From NCBI GenBank assembly GCA_965248535.1, contig CBDFJR010000005.1:416001-480000 (forward strand): DNA of 64,000 bases. Direction: 5' to 3'. The notes under the pieces are model-generated. The model worked only from the letters and a program-made list of their open reading frames with translations. It made no database searches and was not told the origin of the DNA. This document shows, piece after piece, positions 1 to 10,441 of this stretch. Each line of letters begins with the position of its first letter. The stretch's first letter is position 1. Position numbers and translations under genes: made by a program. This DNA comes from Phormidesmis sp. (GTDB lineage Bacteria > Cyanobacteriota > Cyanobacteriia > Leptolyngbyales > Leptolyngbyaceae).

Positions 1-70
1 TCCACATCCGATATCGTGTCACGGCTTTTGCTTAGTTGCATCTAGAAGGGATGGAAACTTTGAACCTACT

Positions 71-103
71 AAAAAGCGGGATAGATTTTCACCTACCCCG
101 CTT
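71..103 (-). terminator. Intrinsic terminator of the rbcLXS operon
   Basis: Minus strand AAGCGGGGTAG-loop-CTATCCCGC followed by TTTTT, about 20 nt after the rbcS stop. Confidence 0.75.
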
Positions 104-124
104 AAATCAACTAGCTAATCGATA

Positions 125-490
125 TTAGTAGCGATAACCGCCGCCGCCACTGCTGCTGGTGTTGTTGCTGCCGGGTTTGTGAACGATAAAGCTCATCACC
201 TGACACTGCTTGATGTTGTCAAACGCAACGACACGAATGTAGCAGTGCGAATACTCAGAGCGGCACTGTTGCACTTCGTTGAGCACTTCTTGAGGGCTGG
301 TTGCGTTAAACAGAGGCAACTTCCACATCGTCCAATAGTAGGTTTCGGGTTCAGACGTTTCGTTGAACTCGATGCAGGGGAAATAGCCCTGGTCGATCGT
401 GTACTGAATCTGACGCGCGATTTGAGCATCGGTCAGCGCAGGAAGATACGAAAAAGTTTCGTAACGGCGCTCTTTAGGCAGAGTTTTCAT
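125..490 (-). CDS. rbcS: RuBisCO small subunit (form IB)
   Basis: [36 protein letters not shown] motifs; follows rbcL-rbcX. Confidence 0.99.
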   Translation of the reverse strand: MKTLPKERRYETFSYLPALTDAQIARQIQYTIDQGYFPCIEFNETSEPETYYWTMWKLPLFNATSPQEVLNEVQQCRSEYSHCYIRVVAFDNIKQCQVMSFIVHKPGSNNTSSSGGGGYRY

Positions 491-525
491 GAATTTCCTC
501 GATCGAAGGTTTTGCGTTTTTAAGG

Positions 526-936
526 TTAGGCCGACTCGTCGTTAGCCGCTTCATCAAAAGGTTCTGACGAGTCGATAGAAGAATTGGGAGTCGTCGAATT
601 GAATTGCGTGATCCGCTCTAACTGCTGGCGGCGCTGATCCATGTTGGCTTGCTGAACCGTCGATCGCAGCATCTCTGGCAAAAACTCAGCAATCTCATTG
701 GCAAGATGTTCTCTCACCGTCAAAATGCGGAATGCCAGATCCTGCCGTTCCTGAAAAAGCGCTTGCAAATATGCTTCGCCATCCTGAATCTTTTCTCGTG
801 CAGAGAATTGATGCAGCCAATAGGCCCGCTTCGGTTCAGTTTCATCCAACTGGGAAATCACCACCCGCACCGCCTGATAAGTCAGGTAGCTCGTTAGCGT
901 CTTAGTCGTATCTTTCGCAATTCGCTTGAGATCCAT
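526..936 (-). CDS. rbcX: RuBisCO assembly chaperone RbcX
   Basis: [32 protein letters not shown]; between rbcL and rbcS. Confidence 0.98.
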   Translation of the reverse strand: MDLKRIAKDTTKTLTSYLTYQAVRVVISQLDETEPKRAYWLHQFSAREKIQDGEAYLQALFQERQDLAFRILTVREHLANEIAEFLPEMLRSTVQQANMDQRRQQLERITQFNSTTPNSSIDSSEPFDEAANDESA

Positions 937-947
937 GAGCGAAGTAG

Positions 948-999
948 TTTAGGTTTTAGATTTTAGATTAAACTTTAACGCTAAAATCCAAAACCCAAA
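948..999 (-). repeat. 19-bp stem hairpin built from heptamer repeats between rbcL and rbcX
   Basis: TTTAGGTTTTAGATTTTAG (948-966) opposite CTAAAATCCAAAACCCAAA (981-999); the two mismatches are G-U pairs on the mRNA strand. Confidence 0.75.
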
Positions 1000-1013
1000 G
1001 TTCAAGCTGGTGA

Positions 1014-2444
1014 TCAAACGGTATCGACAGCCTCGAACTCGAACTTGATTTCCTTCCACAGCTCACAAGCAGCCGCCAACTCAGGCGACCAACGGCACGC
1101 TTCACGAATGATGTCGCCGCCTTCACGCATGAGGTCACGACCTTCGTTACGAGCCTGCACGCACGCTTCAAGCGCGACGCGGTTAGCAGTTGCACCCGGT
1201 GCATTACCCCAAGGGTGTCCAAGGGTGCCGCCACCGAATTGCAGGACAGAATCATCGCCGAAGATGTCAACCAACGCAGGCATATGCCAAACGTGGATGC
1301 CACCGGAAGCAACGGCCATGACACCCGGCATCGAAGCCCAGTCTTGGGTGAAGTAGATACCGCGAGAAGGATCGCGCTCAATGTAGTTTTCACGCAGCAG
1401 GTCGATGAAACCCAAGGTGATCGCTTTGTCGCCTTCGAGCTTACCGACAACGGTTCCGGTGTGAATGTGGTCGCCACCAGACATCCGCAGACACTTCGCT
1501 AAGACGCGGAAGTGAATGCCGTGGTTTTTCTGACGGTCAATCACAGCGTGCATGGCGCGGTGAATGTGCAGCAAGACTCCGTTATCGCGGCACCAGTGCG
1601 CCAGCGTGGTGTTGGCGGTAAAGCCAGCCGTTAAGAAGTCGTGCATGATGATCGGCATTTCGAGTTCTTTGGCGTACTCGGCCCGCTTCAGCATTTCTTC
1701 GCAGGTTGCGGCGGTGCAGTTCAGGTAGTGACCTTTGATTTCTCCGGTTTCTGCCTGAGACTTGTGAATCGCGTCTGCCACAAACAGGAAGCGATCGCGC
1801 CAGCGTTGGAACGGCTGGGAGTTGATGTTTTCGTCGTCTTTGGTGAAGTCCAAACCACCGCGCAGACATTCGTAAACGGCGCGTCCGTAGTTTTTAGCCG
1901 ACAAACCAAGCTTTGGCTTGATGGTGCAACCCAACATGGGGCGACCATATTTGTTGATTTTGTCGCGCTCAACCTGAATGCCGTGAGGAGGCCCTTGGAA
2001 GGTCTTCAAATAAGCAACGGGGATGCGAAGGTCTTCTAGACGCAGCGCTTTGAGAGCTTTGAAACCAAACACGTTGCCGACGAGAGAGGTCAACAGGTTG
2101 GTGACAGAGCCTTCTTCAAACAAGTCCAACGGATACGCGATGTAGGCGATGAACTGGCTATCTTCACCTTTGACAGGCTCGATGTCGTAGCAACGTCCTT
2201 TGTAGCGATCGAGGTCAGTCAGCAAGTCTGTCCAGACGGTCGTCCAGGTTCCTGTGGAGGATTCTGCGGCAACTGCGGCTGCGGCTTCTTCGGGGGGAAC
2301 GCCAGGCTGAGGAGTGACCCGGAACGCTGCCAAAATATCGGTATCTTTAGGCGTGTAGTCTGGGGTGTAGTAGGTTAAGCGGTAATCTTGAACCCCAGCT
2401 TTATACCCAGCTTTCGCCTGGGTTTTGGTTTGAGCGTACGACAT
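1014..2444 (-). CDS. rbcL: RuBisCO large subunit (form IB)
   Basis: 476 aa; [10 protein letters not shown] catalytic motif, [18 protein letters not shown]. Confidence 0.99.
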   Translation of the reverse strand: MSYAQTKTQAKAGYKAGVQDYRLTYYTPDYTPKDTDILAAFRVTPQPGVPPEEAAAAVAAESSTGTWTTVWTDLLTDLDRYKGRCYDIEPVKGEDSQFIAYIAYPLDLFEEGSVTNLLTSLVGNVFGFKALKALRLEDLRIPVAYLKTFQGPPHGIQVERDKINKYGRPMLGCTIKPKLGLSAKNYGRAVYECLRGGLDFTKDDENINSQPFQRWRDRFLFVADAIHKSQAETGEIKGHYLNCTAATCEEMLKRAEYAKELEMPIIMHDFLTAGFTANTTLAHWCRDNGVLLHIHRAMHAVIDRQKNHGIHFRVLAKCLRMSGGDHIHTGTVVGKLEGDKAITLGFIDLLRENYIERDPSRGIYFTQDWASMPGVMAVASGGIHVWHMPALVDIFGDDSVLQFGGGTLGHPWGNAPGATANRVALEACVQARNEGRDLMREGGDIIREACRWSPELAAACELWKEIKFEFEAVDTV

Positions 2445-2695
2445 ATCTCCCTTCCTGTTTAAATCGTCAAAAATTTCTCAGCAAGCAGCACCAACAGCGC
2501 TCAGACAAACTGCCTGACCTACGTTGGGTAGTCCAACTTATGTACCTTACACCGATGGGGGATCGACTTTTCACATTTGATCTCAAAGTTTGAAATCAAG
2601 TTTTCAGCCATGCCTCATTAAGTGGCTAGATAACATCTTCTTAAGGATGATATCAGGATCTTGATAAGCATTACTTGAGGAATTCTGTAGCGTTA

Positions 2696-2712
2696 GATAA
2701 ACGATCGTTATC
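2696..2712. promoter_or_regulatory. LysR-type T-N11-A palindrome upstream of rbcL (candidate RbcR/CbbR-family site)
   Basis: GATAA-ACGATCG-TTATC with perfect inverted arms in the rbcL/ampG divergent region. Confidence 0.5.
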
Positions 2713-2882
2713 AATTACGTCGTTAATTGTCGCTTTGTAAAGATATGACTCGATCGAAGATTCAAGCGGGGCGATCGGGCCCATTCACCTCTCCAAAACT
2801 TAGCGGCTGAGATGATCAGACAGGGCTGTGAGATGATGGCCAGAACGCATTTTCCGTTTGCCCGTCTCAAGAGGAGTTGCTG

Positions 2883-4238
2883 GTGAAACCGTCTCCATCC
2901 CTGCTAAAAGTTTTTCAAAGCCGCAAGATGATGGCGCTGCTGCTGCTGGGGTTTTCTTCGGGGTTACCATTCTATCTAACCAGCAAAGATCCCCTGCAAG
3001 CTTGGCTCACTAAAGAAGGCGTAGACCTAAAAGTGATTGCTGCGTTTAGCATTGCTGCCGTCCCCTATTCGCTGAAGTTTCTCTGGTCGCCGCTGCTCGA
3101 TCGCTACGTTCCTCCGCTTTTGGGACGGCGGCGCGGCTGGCTAGTGGTGACTCAGATTGGGCTGATAGTGACGATCGCGCTAATGGCATTCCAAGACCCA
3201 ACGCATTTGAATCAGTTTGCAGTGAATTCGACCGACGTTTGTCGCAATGCGCCTTGGCTCAGGGGCTTATGTGAATTTTGGGAGACCTTTAAATCGCTGT
3301 CTGCCAGTCCGTTTTTCTTAGCGGCGTTTGTCGTGGCGTTTTTTAGTGCCAGTCAAGATATTGTTGCCGATGCCTACCGCACCGATGTGTTGTCGGAGCC
3401 AGAACGGGGTGCAGGGGCTTCCCTGTTTTTGCTGGGTTATCGAGCGGCGATTTTGGTGGCGGGGGCGGTGACGTTTCAGTTAGCGGGCTGGATGCCTTGG
3501 CAATGGGTTTATCTGATCATGGCGGCGCTGATGACGATCGGGCTAATCACCTCCTTTTTTGCGCCAGAGCCAACGGTGCAAATTCGGCCGCCGCGCACGC
3601 TGAGAGAATCGGTCGTTTTGCCCTTTCAAGAATTTTTTCAGCGCAATGGCTCGCGGCAAGCGGTGCTGATTTTGGTGTTTGTCATCATCTACAAGCTAGG
3701 TGATTCTCTCTTGAGAAACGTGGCCACGCCCTTTTTGCTCAACAAAGGCTTGAACTTTAGTCCCGACGATCTGGCTACGCCAAAAGCGCTGGCGATCGCT
3801 GCAATTATCGTCGGAACGCTGGCAGGAGGGGCGATCATGACCAAGATTGGAGTGAATCGATCGCTGTGGGTTTTTGCCGTTTTGCAAGCGATCGGCAATC
3901 TTTCTTATGTGCTGCTGGCGATCGTGGGCAAAAACTATCTGCTGATGGTGTTTGCGCTCAATGTGGAGAACTTTACCGCAGGCTTGGAAGCTGCCGCGTT
4001 TGTGGCCTTTTTGATGAGTCTCTGCAACGCGGGCTTGTCAGCGACTCAATATGCCCTGCTTTCAAGTTTGGCGGCGTTTAGTCGAGATATTTTAGTCGCG
4101 CCTGCGGGTCAGTGGGCAACGGCGATGGGCTGGACGCTCTTCTTTTCAATGACGGCAGTGTTGGCACTTCCGGGATTGGTGTTGTTGCCCTTCTTTGCAC
4201 CGTGGAATGCTGAGGCGACCGCTTCAGATGAGCTTTAA
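2883..4238 (+). CDS. ampG: AmpG-family muropeptide MFS permease
   Basis: LLGFSSGLP, PYSLKFLWSPLLD, LGRRRGWL, FSASQDIVADAYR, ATQYALLSS; GTG at 2883 sits 6 nt after GAGGAG. Confidence 0.85.
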   Translation: MKPSPSLLKVFQSRKMMALLLLGFSSGLPFYLTSKDPLQAWLTKEGVDLKVIAAFSIAAVPYSLKFLWSPLLDRYVPPLLGRRRGWLVVTQIGLIVTIALMAFQDPTHLNQFAVNSTDVCRNAPWLRGLCEFWETFKSLSASPFFLAAFVVAFFSASQDIVADAYRTDVLSEPERGAGASLFLLGYRAAILVAGAVTFQLAGWMPWQWVYLIMAALMTIGLITSFFAPEPTVQIRPPRTLRESVVLPFQEFFQRNGSRQAVLILVFVIIYKLGDSLLRNVATPFLLNKGLNFSPDDLATPKALAIAAIIVGTLAGGAIMTKIGVNRSLWVFAVLQAIGNLSYVLLAIVGKNYLLMVFALNVENFTAGLEAAAFVAFLMSLCNAGLSATQYALLSSLAAFSRDILVAPAGQWATAMGWTLFFSMTAVLALPGLVLLPFFAPWNAEATASDEL

Positions 4239-4344
4239 ATCTTTCCATCACAGCGGGGTCAAGAGCGGTAGGATTAGATTAGAGGTTTTTACAAATCTTG
4301 AGCTAATTTTTTAGAAAAATCCCTTCATTGCGATCGCCCGTCCT

Positions 4345-4593
4345 ATGGCTTTTCTTCGTCAGTATGTTGCCCCGCTGCTGGTAGTGCTGGTTTTCTTAGT
4401 TGCGTTGCTGGCCGTGAGTGCCCGAATCTTTTTGCCTTCAGATATGGCGGCTCCGGCTCCGATCGAAGAGGTCAATCCGGCTAGTAACCAAACTCAGGCT
4501 CCCGACTCAAAAACCGTGGCCGGGTTGCCGCCTGCCCTGGCTGCCTTAATTAAGGGACTACCTGACGATTTTGCCCCCTCCGAAAAGCTTTAA
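4345..4593 (+). CDS. Small conserved membrane-anchored cyanobacterial hypothetical protein
   Basis: MAFLRQYVAP + hydrophobic helix + ARIFLPSDMAAPAP; ATG start, fills gap between genes. Confidence 0.75.
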   Translation: MAFLRQYVAPLLVVLVFLVALLAVSARIFLPSDMAAPAPIEEVNPASNQTQAPDSKTVAGLPPALAALIKGLPDDFAPSEKL

Positions 4594-5104
4594 TGATGGG
4601 CTTGTGTTTCACCAGCTACCCTCTGATTATCGGCTGCGAGTAGGTTCGACGCTAGACAGGGCGCTGCTGGTGAAGTTCATGCAGCGCACTTATCAAGAGC
4701 TTTATCCCACCAGTGACTTGGCTCATTTAGCCGTGACGATCGAGCAATATCTCTCTAGTCAGACCCCGATCTGGTGGGTTGATCTTGGTTCGGTTGTGGT
4801 GGCGGAAGGTCTGCCCTCTTCGCGGTTTGTGGAGTCTGCGATCGCGGGTTTGTGGCTGGGCAACGCCATCGATCAAGCCAGCGGCGATCGTCACGCTCAT
4901 ATCTTCTTGCTCTATGTGATGCCTAGCCATCGACGCAAAGGCATTGGCGCGGCGCTGGTGCATCATGCTGAAACTTGGGCGCGAGCCAGAGGCGATCGCC
5001 AAATTGGTTTGCAAGTTTTCACCTCTAATCAGCCTGCTGTTCAGCTATATCAAACCTTGGGCTACCAAACTCAATCGCTGTGGATGGTCAAGCCGCTAGA
5101 ATGA
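4571..5104 (+). CDS. GNAT-family N-acetyltransferase (start uncertain)
   Basis: LYVMPSHRRKGIG acetyl-CoA motif, NQPAVQLYQTLGY. Confidence 0.9.
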   Translation: MPPPKSFNDGLVFHQLPSDYRLRVGSTLDRALLVKFMQRTYQELYPTSDLAHLAVTIEQYLSSQTPIWWVDLGSVVVAEGLPSSRFVESAIAGLWLGNAIDQASGDRHAHIFLLYVMPSHRRKGIGAALVHHAETWARARGDRQIGLQVFTSNQPAVQLYQTLGYQTQSLWMVKPLE

Positions 5105-5159
5105 TGAGAAATTTTGGATTCAAAATTCTCTAGTCGTCTGGTGCGGTAAAGTTACACAT

Positions 5160-5921
5160 ATGTATAGTGATGATGAGTTGACCGTCTTGGATCTCGACGC
5201 TGATTTAGCCGACCCGCTAGATCAAATTCCTGCGATCGATGAAGACGAGTCAGAGGCCCATAAGCCCAACCCCGACTTGATGCTGGCCATCCTGGAATCG
5301 CAAGATGTGCAGCAGAGAATGATGGCGACAAGAGCCTTTTGTGAACTGCAAGACGATCGGGCGATTCCCCATTTAATTCGCCTGCTGAGTGATCCCTGTC
5401 CTCTCGTGCGGGTGAGTGCGGCTTATGCCTTGGGGCGCAACCCTAGCGCCGATGCCGTTGAGCCACTTGTTCAGCAATATAACGAAGATTGGAACGGCTA
5501 TGTGCGTAAAGGCGTGGTCTGGGCATTGGGAAACTGCCACGATCGCCGCGCTTTGCAAACGCTGATCACAGCCGTTAGAACCGACATTCCCGCAGTGCGG
5601 TTATGGGCAGCGAGTGCGCTGGCTCAGATGGCATCGGTGGGCTATGAGGTGGTCGTGGCAGCAATGGCACCCCTGATTGAAACGTTGAGACAAGATCCAG
5701 TGGCGGCCATTCGCAGTAATGCGGCTTGGGCCTTGGGGCAACTCTGTCGAGAACTCCCTTCAAACGTGATTTACGCCACGGCGATCGATGCTCTAATCGA
5801 GTCGTTTGCTGAAGACTCAGACGTAGGTGTGCGCGAAGATGCTAAATCTGCAATGCTCAAAGTCGGTGACACTCGCGGGCTGCAAGTGATCGAAGAGTTA
5901 GAACAAGAAGGACTGCTCTAA
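5160..5921 (+). CDS. HEAT/PBS-lyase repeat protein
   Basis: Repeated VRxxAAxALG units (VRVSAAYALG, VRKGVVWALG, IRSNAAWALG). Confidence 0.9.
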   Translation: MYSDDELTVLDLDADLADPLDQIPAIDEDESEAHKPNPDLMLAILESQDVQQRMMATRAFCELQDDRAIPHLIRLLSDPCPLVRVSAAYALGRNPSADAVEPLVQQYNEDWNGYVRKGVVWALGNCHDRRALQTLITAVRTDIPAVRLWAASALAQMASVGYEVVVAAMAPLIETLRQDPVAAIRSNAAWALGQLCRELPSNVIYATAIDALIESFAEDSDVGVREDAKSAMLKVGDTRGLQVIEELEQEGLL

Positions 5922-6182
5922 AAACACTGTGGCATCTTCACCTACGTAAAATGAACCCATTCACGACGATTAGAAACACTGAAATTAATTGAATAGACAC
6001 ATCACTAGCATGTTTTTTAATCATCTCAGAATTTATAACTAAACACTATCACGACTGCAAAACTAAAATAGTTTCACCATTTAACCAATGAGAAATATAT
6101 AAAAACCAACACACTTTTAGAATTCAGAAAGATAGGAAGATCAGATCTAAAAAAATAGCCCAATTGGAGCAGCGAGTTAACA

Positions 6183-6785
6183 ATGGTTAGTGAAGTCAAA
6201 ACAGTTTCAGGACGCGGCATTCCCTTAGTGGGCAACGACATCGACACCGATCGGATCATTCCTGCCCGATTTTTGCGCTGCGTCACCTTTGACGGGCTAG
6301 GAGCCGATGTGTTTGCCGACGATCGGGCCCAATCTAACGGTCAACACCCTTTTGATCAACCTCAATATCAAGGCGCTAAAGTTCTCGTCGTTAACGATAA
6401 TTTTGGCTGTGGCTCCAGTCGCGAACACGCACCCCAAGCGATCGCTAAATGGGGCATCGGCGCGATCGTGGGTGAAAGCTTTGCCGAGATCTTTTTTGGT
6501 AACTGCGTGGTCATGGGCATTCCCTGCGTGATCACTGACTCTGCGATCGCTAAACACTTGCAGGAAATGGTGACTGCCGATCCGCACGTCGAGATCACGG
6601 TGGATCTAGAAGCGATGCAGGTGCGGTGCGGTGATTTCAGTGCGCCGATTTCGATGGGCGAAGGCTCCCGCATGATGCTGAAGGCAGGCACTTGGGATGC
6701 CTGTGGTCAACTGGTGGCTCAGGGCGATCAGACTCGCGCCACAGCCGCAAATTTGCCCTATCTAGCTTGGAGCCACCTTGCCTAG
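6183..6785 (+). CDS. leuD: 3-isopropylmalate dehydratase small subunit
   Basis: [34 protein letters not shown]. Confidence 0.97.
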   Translation: MVSEVKTVSGRGIPLVGNDIDTDRIIPARFLRCVTFDGLGADVFADDRAQSNGQHPFDQPQYQGAKVLVVNDNFGCGSSREHAPQAIAKWGIGAIVGESFAEIFFGNCVVMGIPCVITDSAIAKHLQEMVTADPHVEITVDLEAMQVRCGDFSAPISMGEGSRMMLKAGTWDACGQLVAQGDQTRATAANLPYLAWSHLA

Positions 6786-6930
6786 AAAACCGCTAAGAAT
6801 TCTTTCTGTATTGAAAGAACTCGGAAAGAGAACCAGGATTTATGAGTTAAGGCAGCACGATCGCGCCAAGATACCCTATACCCACGATCCTATACCCATG
6901 GTAAAGTTGCCCTAGGGTTACAAGAGTTAC

Positions 6931-7572
6931 ATGAAACTAATTTCTGTTTGCGTTGGGCTGCCGCAGGACGTGATCTGGAAGGGAAAGCCCGTCACGACTG
7001 GCATCTTCAAACAGCCCGTGACTGAACGATTGATGATGCGATCGCTCAATCTAGACGGCGATCGCCAGGCAGATCTGACCGTGCATGGGGGCGTTGAGAA
7101 AGCTATTTATGCTTACCCAGTCGAGCATTATCCCTATTGGCGGCAAGAGCTACCAGAGGAAGCGTTGCCTTGGGGATCATTTGGCGAAAATTTGACCATT
7201 GAGGGATTGTCAGAGACAACCGTCAACATTGGCGATCGCTTTCGCATTGGCACAGCCGAACTGATGGTGACGCAGCCCCGGTTTCCATGCTTTAAACTCA
7301 ACCTCAAGTTTGGGCGCGACGACATGAGCAAACGCTTTCTCAACAGTCGTCTCAGCGGCATTTATTTTTCAGTCGTTCGAGAAGGCGAGGTCGGCGCAGG
7401 AGACGCGATCGAACAGGTCAGTCGAGATGACCATAACGTCACGGTTGCTGACATCGTGCAAATCTATGTGGGTGAAGCGACCAAAGACTTGGTGCGCCGC
7501 GCTGTCCAGGTTCCGGCTCTGGCTGTTAGTTTGCGAGACTCGTTTCAACAACAGATTGACAGACAGCTTTAA
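6931..7572 (+). CDS. MOSC-domain protein with 3-alpha domain (YiiM-like)
   Basis: GDRQADLTVHGG-EKA, FGENLT, VTQPRFPCFKL. Confidence 0.92.
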   Translation: MKLISVCVGLPQDVIWKGKPVTTGIFKQPVTERLMMRSLNLDGDRQADLTVHGGVEKAIYAYPVEHYPYWRQELPEEALPWGSFGENLTIEGLSETTVNIGDRFRIGTAELMVTQPRFPCFKLNLKFGRDDMSKRFLNSRLSGIYFSVVREGEVGAGDAIEQVSRDDHNVTVADIVQIYVGEATKDLVRRAVQVPALAVSLRDSFQQQIDRQL

Positions 7573-7625
7573 GAACGTGAATTAACGCTCTTACGCCAAG
7601 TTGGATAGATATCAACACGGCTCGA

Positions 7626-9944
7626 TTAAATCCGAATCGAGAGTAAGGGCAGCAGGGCTTTGTCTTCAAGCAATTCGCTGGTTTGAGCGGCAGCCTTTAA
7701 GTCGATTGGCACGACCTGCACCGCACAGGCCTTTAACTCTGGCTGCTGCGAGTCGGGGCAGCAAGCGGGATGGGTCAACGCATTGGCTTCGGCGTGATCA
7801 GCCCACAAAGCGCCCCAGTGCATGGGCACAAACATGGCCCCTGGCACGATCGCTTTCGTGACTAAAACCGGAAGCCTGACAAAACCGCGCCGCGATCGCA
7901 CCTCCACCCATTCATCGTTTTTGACCCCGATCGCGGCCGCATCGCGGGGGTGAATCTCTAGAAACGGGTTGGGGTGCAGCTTCATGATTTTCTCAACGCG
8001 ACCTGTGCGCGTCAGCGTGTGCCAGTGCCCATAGAGCCGCCCTGTCGTCAACACATAGGGATATCCCTCATCGGGCGGTTCTGCTAGCCCCCGCGAATGG
8101 TGGGCCGCAAATCTGGCTCGCCCATCAGGGGTATGAAACCGCAGATCGGTATACAGACGCTTAGAGGGCTGAGGCACGATCGCAGCAGGCTGAATAACAG
8201 GCTTTTTCTCCTGAAGCTTTTCAACCTCGATTCTGGCCCCCTTGACCCGTGCGCCCTCCGGCCTCAGTTCAGGGCGAATGTCCTCAATCTTTCCCGCGAG
8301 CGGCCATTGCAGAGGGCCTTCTGCCCGCAGTCGAGCGTGACTGATCCCCGACTGGTCGCAGGGACGATCGTGGGTGAGTTGAGAAAACTCACTGTAGACC
8401 TCAGCAGCGTTGTTAAAGGCAAACTGCTTGGTGAAGCCGAGCCGCCGACCGACTTCGGCAAAGATGGCCCAATCGGCTCTAGCCTGCCCCGGCGGGCTGC
8501 GGAACTTGGGGCAGAGGGTGACGCGCCGCTCAGAGTTGACCATGACCCCTGTTTTTTCGCTCCACTGAGCCGCCGGAAGCAGCACATGGGCATAAGCAGC
8601 CGTCTCTGTCGGGTAGTAGGCATCTTGATAGACGGTGAAGGGCGATCGCTTCAACGCCGCTTTGGTGCGTTCAATATCGGGCATACTCACCGCCGGGTTA
8701 GTGGCCGCCACCCATAACACACCGACTTCTTCCCGCTCCAGACCCGTGATCATCTCCCAGCAGGTTAGCCCCGGAGTCGCCGAAATCGATCCCGGCTCTA
8801 GTCGCCAAAACTGCTCAACTTCGGCTCGGTGCGTCGGATTGTTGACGAGGCGATATCCGGGTAGCAAATGCGCCAACCCTCCAGCTTCACGCCCTCCCAT
8901 CGCATTGGGCTGACCCGTGAGGGAAAAAGGCCCCGCTCCGGGCTTGCCGATCTGAGCGGTCATCAGGTGCAGATTAATCAGCGTTCTAACTTTAGCAGTG
9001 CCCTCACTGGACTGATTGAGTCCCATTGACCACATCGATAAGACTCGCTTTGAGTCGCCCCAATATCTCGCGGCTGTTTCTAAGTCTGCTTCTGAGATGC
9101 CACAACGCTGGGCGACTAGGTGGGGTGGGTAGTGTTGAAGGACGATCGCAAACTCTGAAAAGTAAGCCGTATGGTCATCAATAAAAGCCGCATCGATTTT
9201 GCCCCACTTCAGCAGCAGATGAGCGATGCCGTTGAACAGATCAATGTCCGTTCCGGGCTGGATGGCTAAATGCAGATCGGCGACTTCAGCCGTGGGGGTG
9301 CAGCGGGGATCGATCACGACTAATTTGACGGTGCGATCTTGTTTGTGGTGCTTCCGCAGTCGGTTAAAGAGAATGGGGTGACACTCAGCCAGGTTGCTGC
9401 CTGCAATAAAGGCGCAATCAGTTTCGTCGAGGTCGTCATAGCAGCAGGGCGGGCCATCAGCCCCAAAGCTCTGAATATAGCCAGACACGGCAGATGACAT
9501 ACACAGACGCGAATTGGCATCGAAGTTATTCGTGCCAAGACAGCCCTTGATCAGTTTTTGAGCGATGTAATAATCCTCAGTCTGTAGCTGCCCTGACCCA
9601 TACATGCAGACCGCATTAGCCCCTTGAGTTGAGCGCACGGTTTGAATTTGCTGGGCAACCCGATCGAGGGCCTCATCCCAACTAACTCGACGAAACGGCT
9701 CGTCTAAAGACTCTCGCATCATCGGAAACTGCAACCGATCTTTGTGCAGCGACTCGGCGATCGTAGCCCCCTTGACACAGACCATCCCCTGGCTAGAGGG
9801 GTGATCGCGATCGCCGCGCACTTGCCAAATGGGAGTTCCTGCTTTGTCGCGGTTGGTTGGTTTGCCAGGCTGCGCCGGGGGAAGCGCTTCTAGCCCACAG
9901 CCAACCCCACAGTAAGGGCATAAGGTCTTAGTCGAATCAGTCAT
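7626..9944 (-). CDS. narB: Ferredoxin-nitrate reductase (molybdo-bis-MGD, 4Fe-4S)
   Basis: [40 protein letters not shown]; end of nirA-nrt operon. Confidence 0.96.
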   Translation of the reverse strand: MTDSTKTLCPYCGVGCGLEALPPAQPGKPTNRDKAGTPIWQVRGDRDHPSSQGMVCVKGATIAESLHKDRLQFPMMRESLDEPFRRVSWDEALDRVAQQIQTVRSTQGANAVCMYGSGQLQTEDYYIAQKLIKGCLGTNNFDANSRLCMSSAVSGYIQSFGADGPPCCYDDLDETDCAFIAGSNLAECHPILFNRLRKHHKQDRTVKLVVIDPRCTPTAEVADLHLAIQPGTDIDLFNGIAHLLLKWGKIDAAFIDDHTAYFSEFAIVLQHYPPHLVAQRCGISEADLETAARYWGDSKRVLSMWSMGLNQSSEGTAKVRTLINLHLMTAQIGKPGAGPFSLTGQPNAMGGREAGGLAHLLPGYRLVNNPTHRAEVEQFWRLEPGSISATPGLTCWEMITGLEREEVGVLWVAATNPAVSMPDIERTKAALKRSPFTVYQDAYYPTETAAYAHVLLPAAQWSEKTGVMVNSERRVTLCPKFRSPPGQARADWAIFAEVGRRLGFTKQFAFNNAAEVYSEFSQLTHDRPCDQSGISHARLRAEGPLQWPLAGKIEDIRPELRPEGARVKGARIEVEKLQEKKPVIQPAAIVPQPSKRLYTDLRFHTPDGRARFAAHHSRGLAEPPDEGYPYVLTTGRLYGHWHTLTRTGRVEKIMKLHPNPFLEIHPRDAAAIGVKNDEWVEVRSRRGFVRLPVLVTKAIVPGAMFVPMHWGALWADHAEANALTHPACCPDSQQPELKACAVQVVPIDLKAAAQTSELLEDKALLPLLSIRI

Positions 9945-10243
9945 AAGCGTTCTACGACATCGGGACGATCGGCAGTGAGGGCAAGGTTTTCCTGCACTCG
10001 CAGTTGCTGACAGGGAATTTGAGCCAAAAGACTTGGGCTGGTTGCCCGGTGGGCATGAATTTCGAGCAGGGCATCGGGCGAGGCTTCAAAGAGCAGGCGC
10101 TGCCCCGGAAATATCATGCGCTCAAACCGCCCGGTGACGGGGTGGGAGATTCGCACCATCTGAAGCTGGCTGGTGGCGTTGACGTAATAGCAAAGACAGC
10201 GATCGGGGCTATCAGAAGGCAAAGCGGACGAGAGTTGGGTCAT
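9941..10243 (-). CDS. DUF1830-like hypothetical protein
   Basis: [15 protein letters not shown]...[15 protein letters not shown] pattern; 4-nt ATGA overlap with narB. Confidence 0.75.
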   Translation of the reverse strand: MTQLSSALPSDSPDRCLCYYVNATSQLQMVRISHPVTGRFERMIFPGQRLLFEASPDALLEIHAHRATSPSLLAQIPCQQLRVQENLALTADRPDVVERL

Positions 10244-10353
10244 ACCAAAAGTCTCTTAATGACAGCGCTCGAATGCCCAGCCACAGATGTTGGGGTCTCC
10301 GTCGATTAGTTTTAAGTGGGCACTATTCTTGCTCGGAGGCGAGGGTTGTTTCT

Positions 10354-10367
10354 GTGTGCCTTGATAC
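10354..10367 (-). promoter_or_regulatory. Possible internal NtcA-like site upstream of DUF1830-narB
   Basis: Minus strand GTA-TCAAGGCA-CAC (one mismatch to GTA-N8-TAC); only a weak -10 (AAGAAT) 23 nt downstream. Confidence 0.4.
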
Positions 10368-10441
10368 TTCTGCGGTGCGTGCGCTATGAAGGTTTGTCAA
10401 GCGAGATCCTGTGAGTTTGAGCATGATGGTTGAAGAGAAGA

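Noticed and set aside
8097..8717. Long antisense ORFs (also 16092-16634, 31886-32428, 43053-43592, 968-1477)
   Set aside because: Shadow or alternate frames of well-supported genes with no independent motifs
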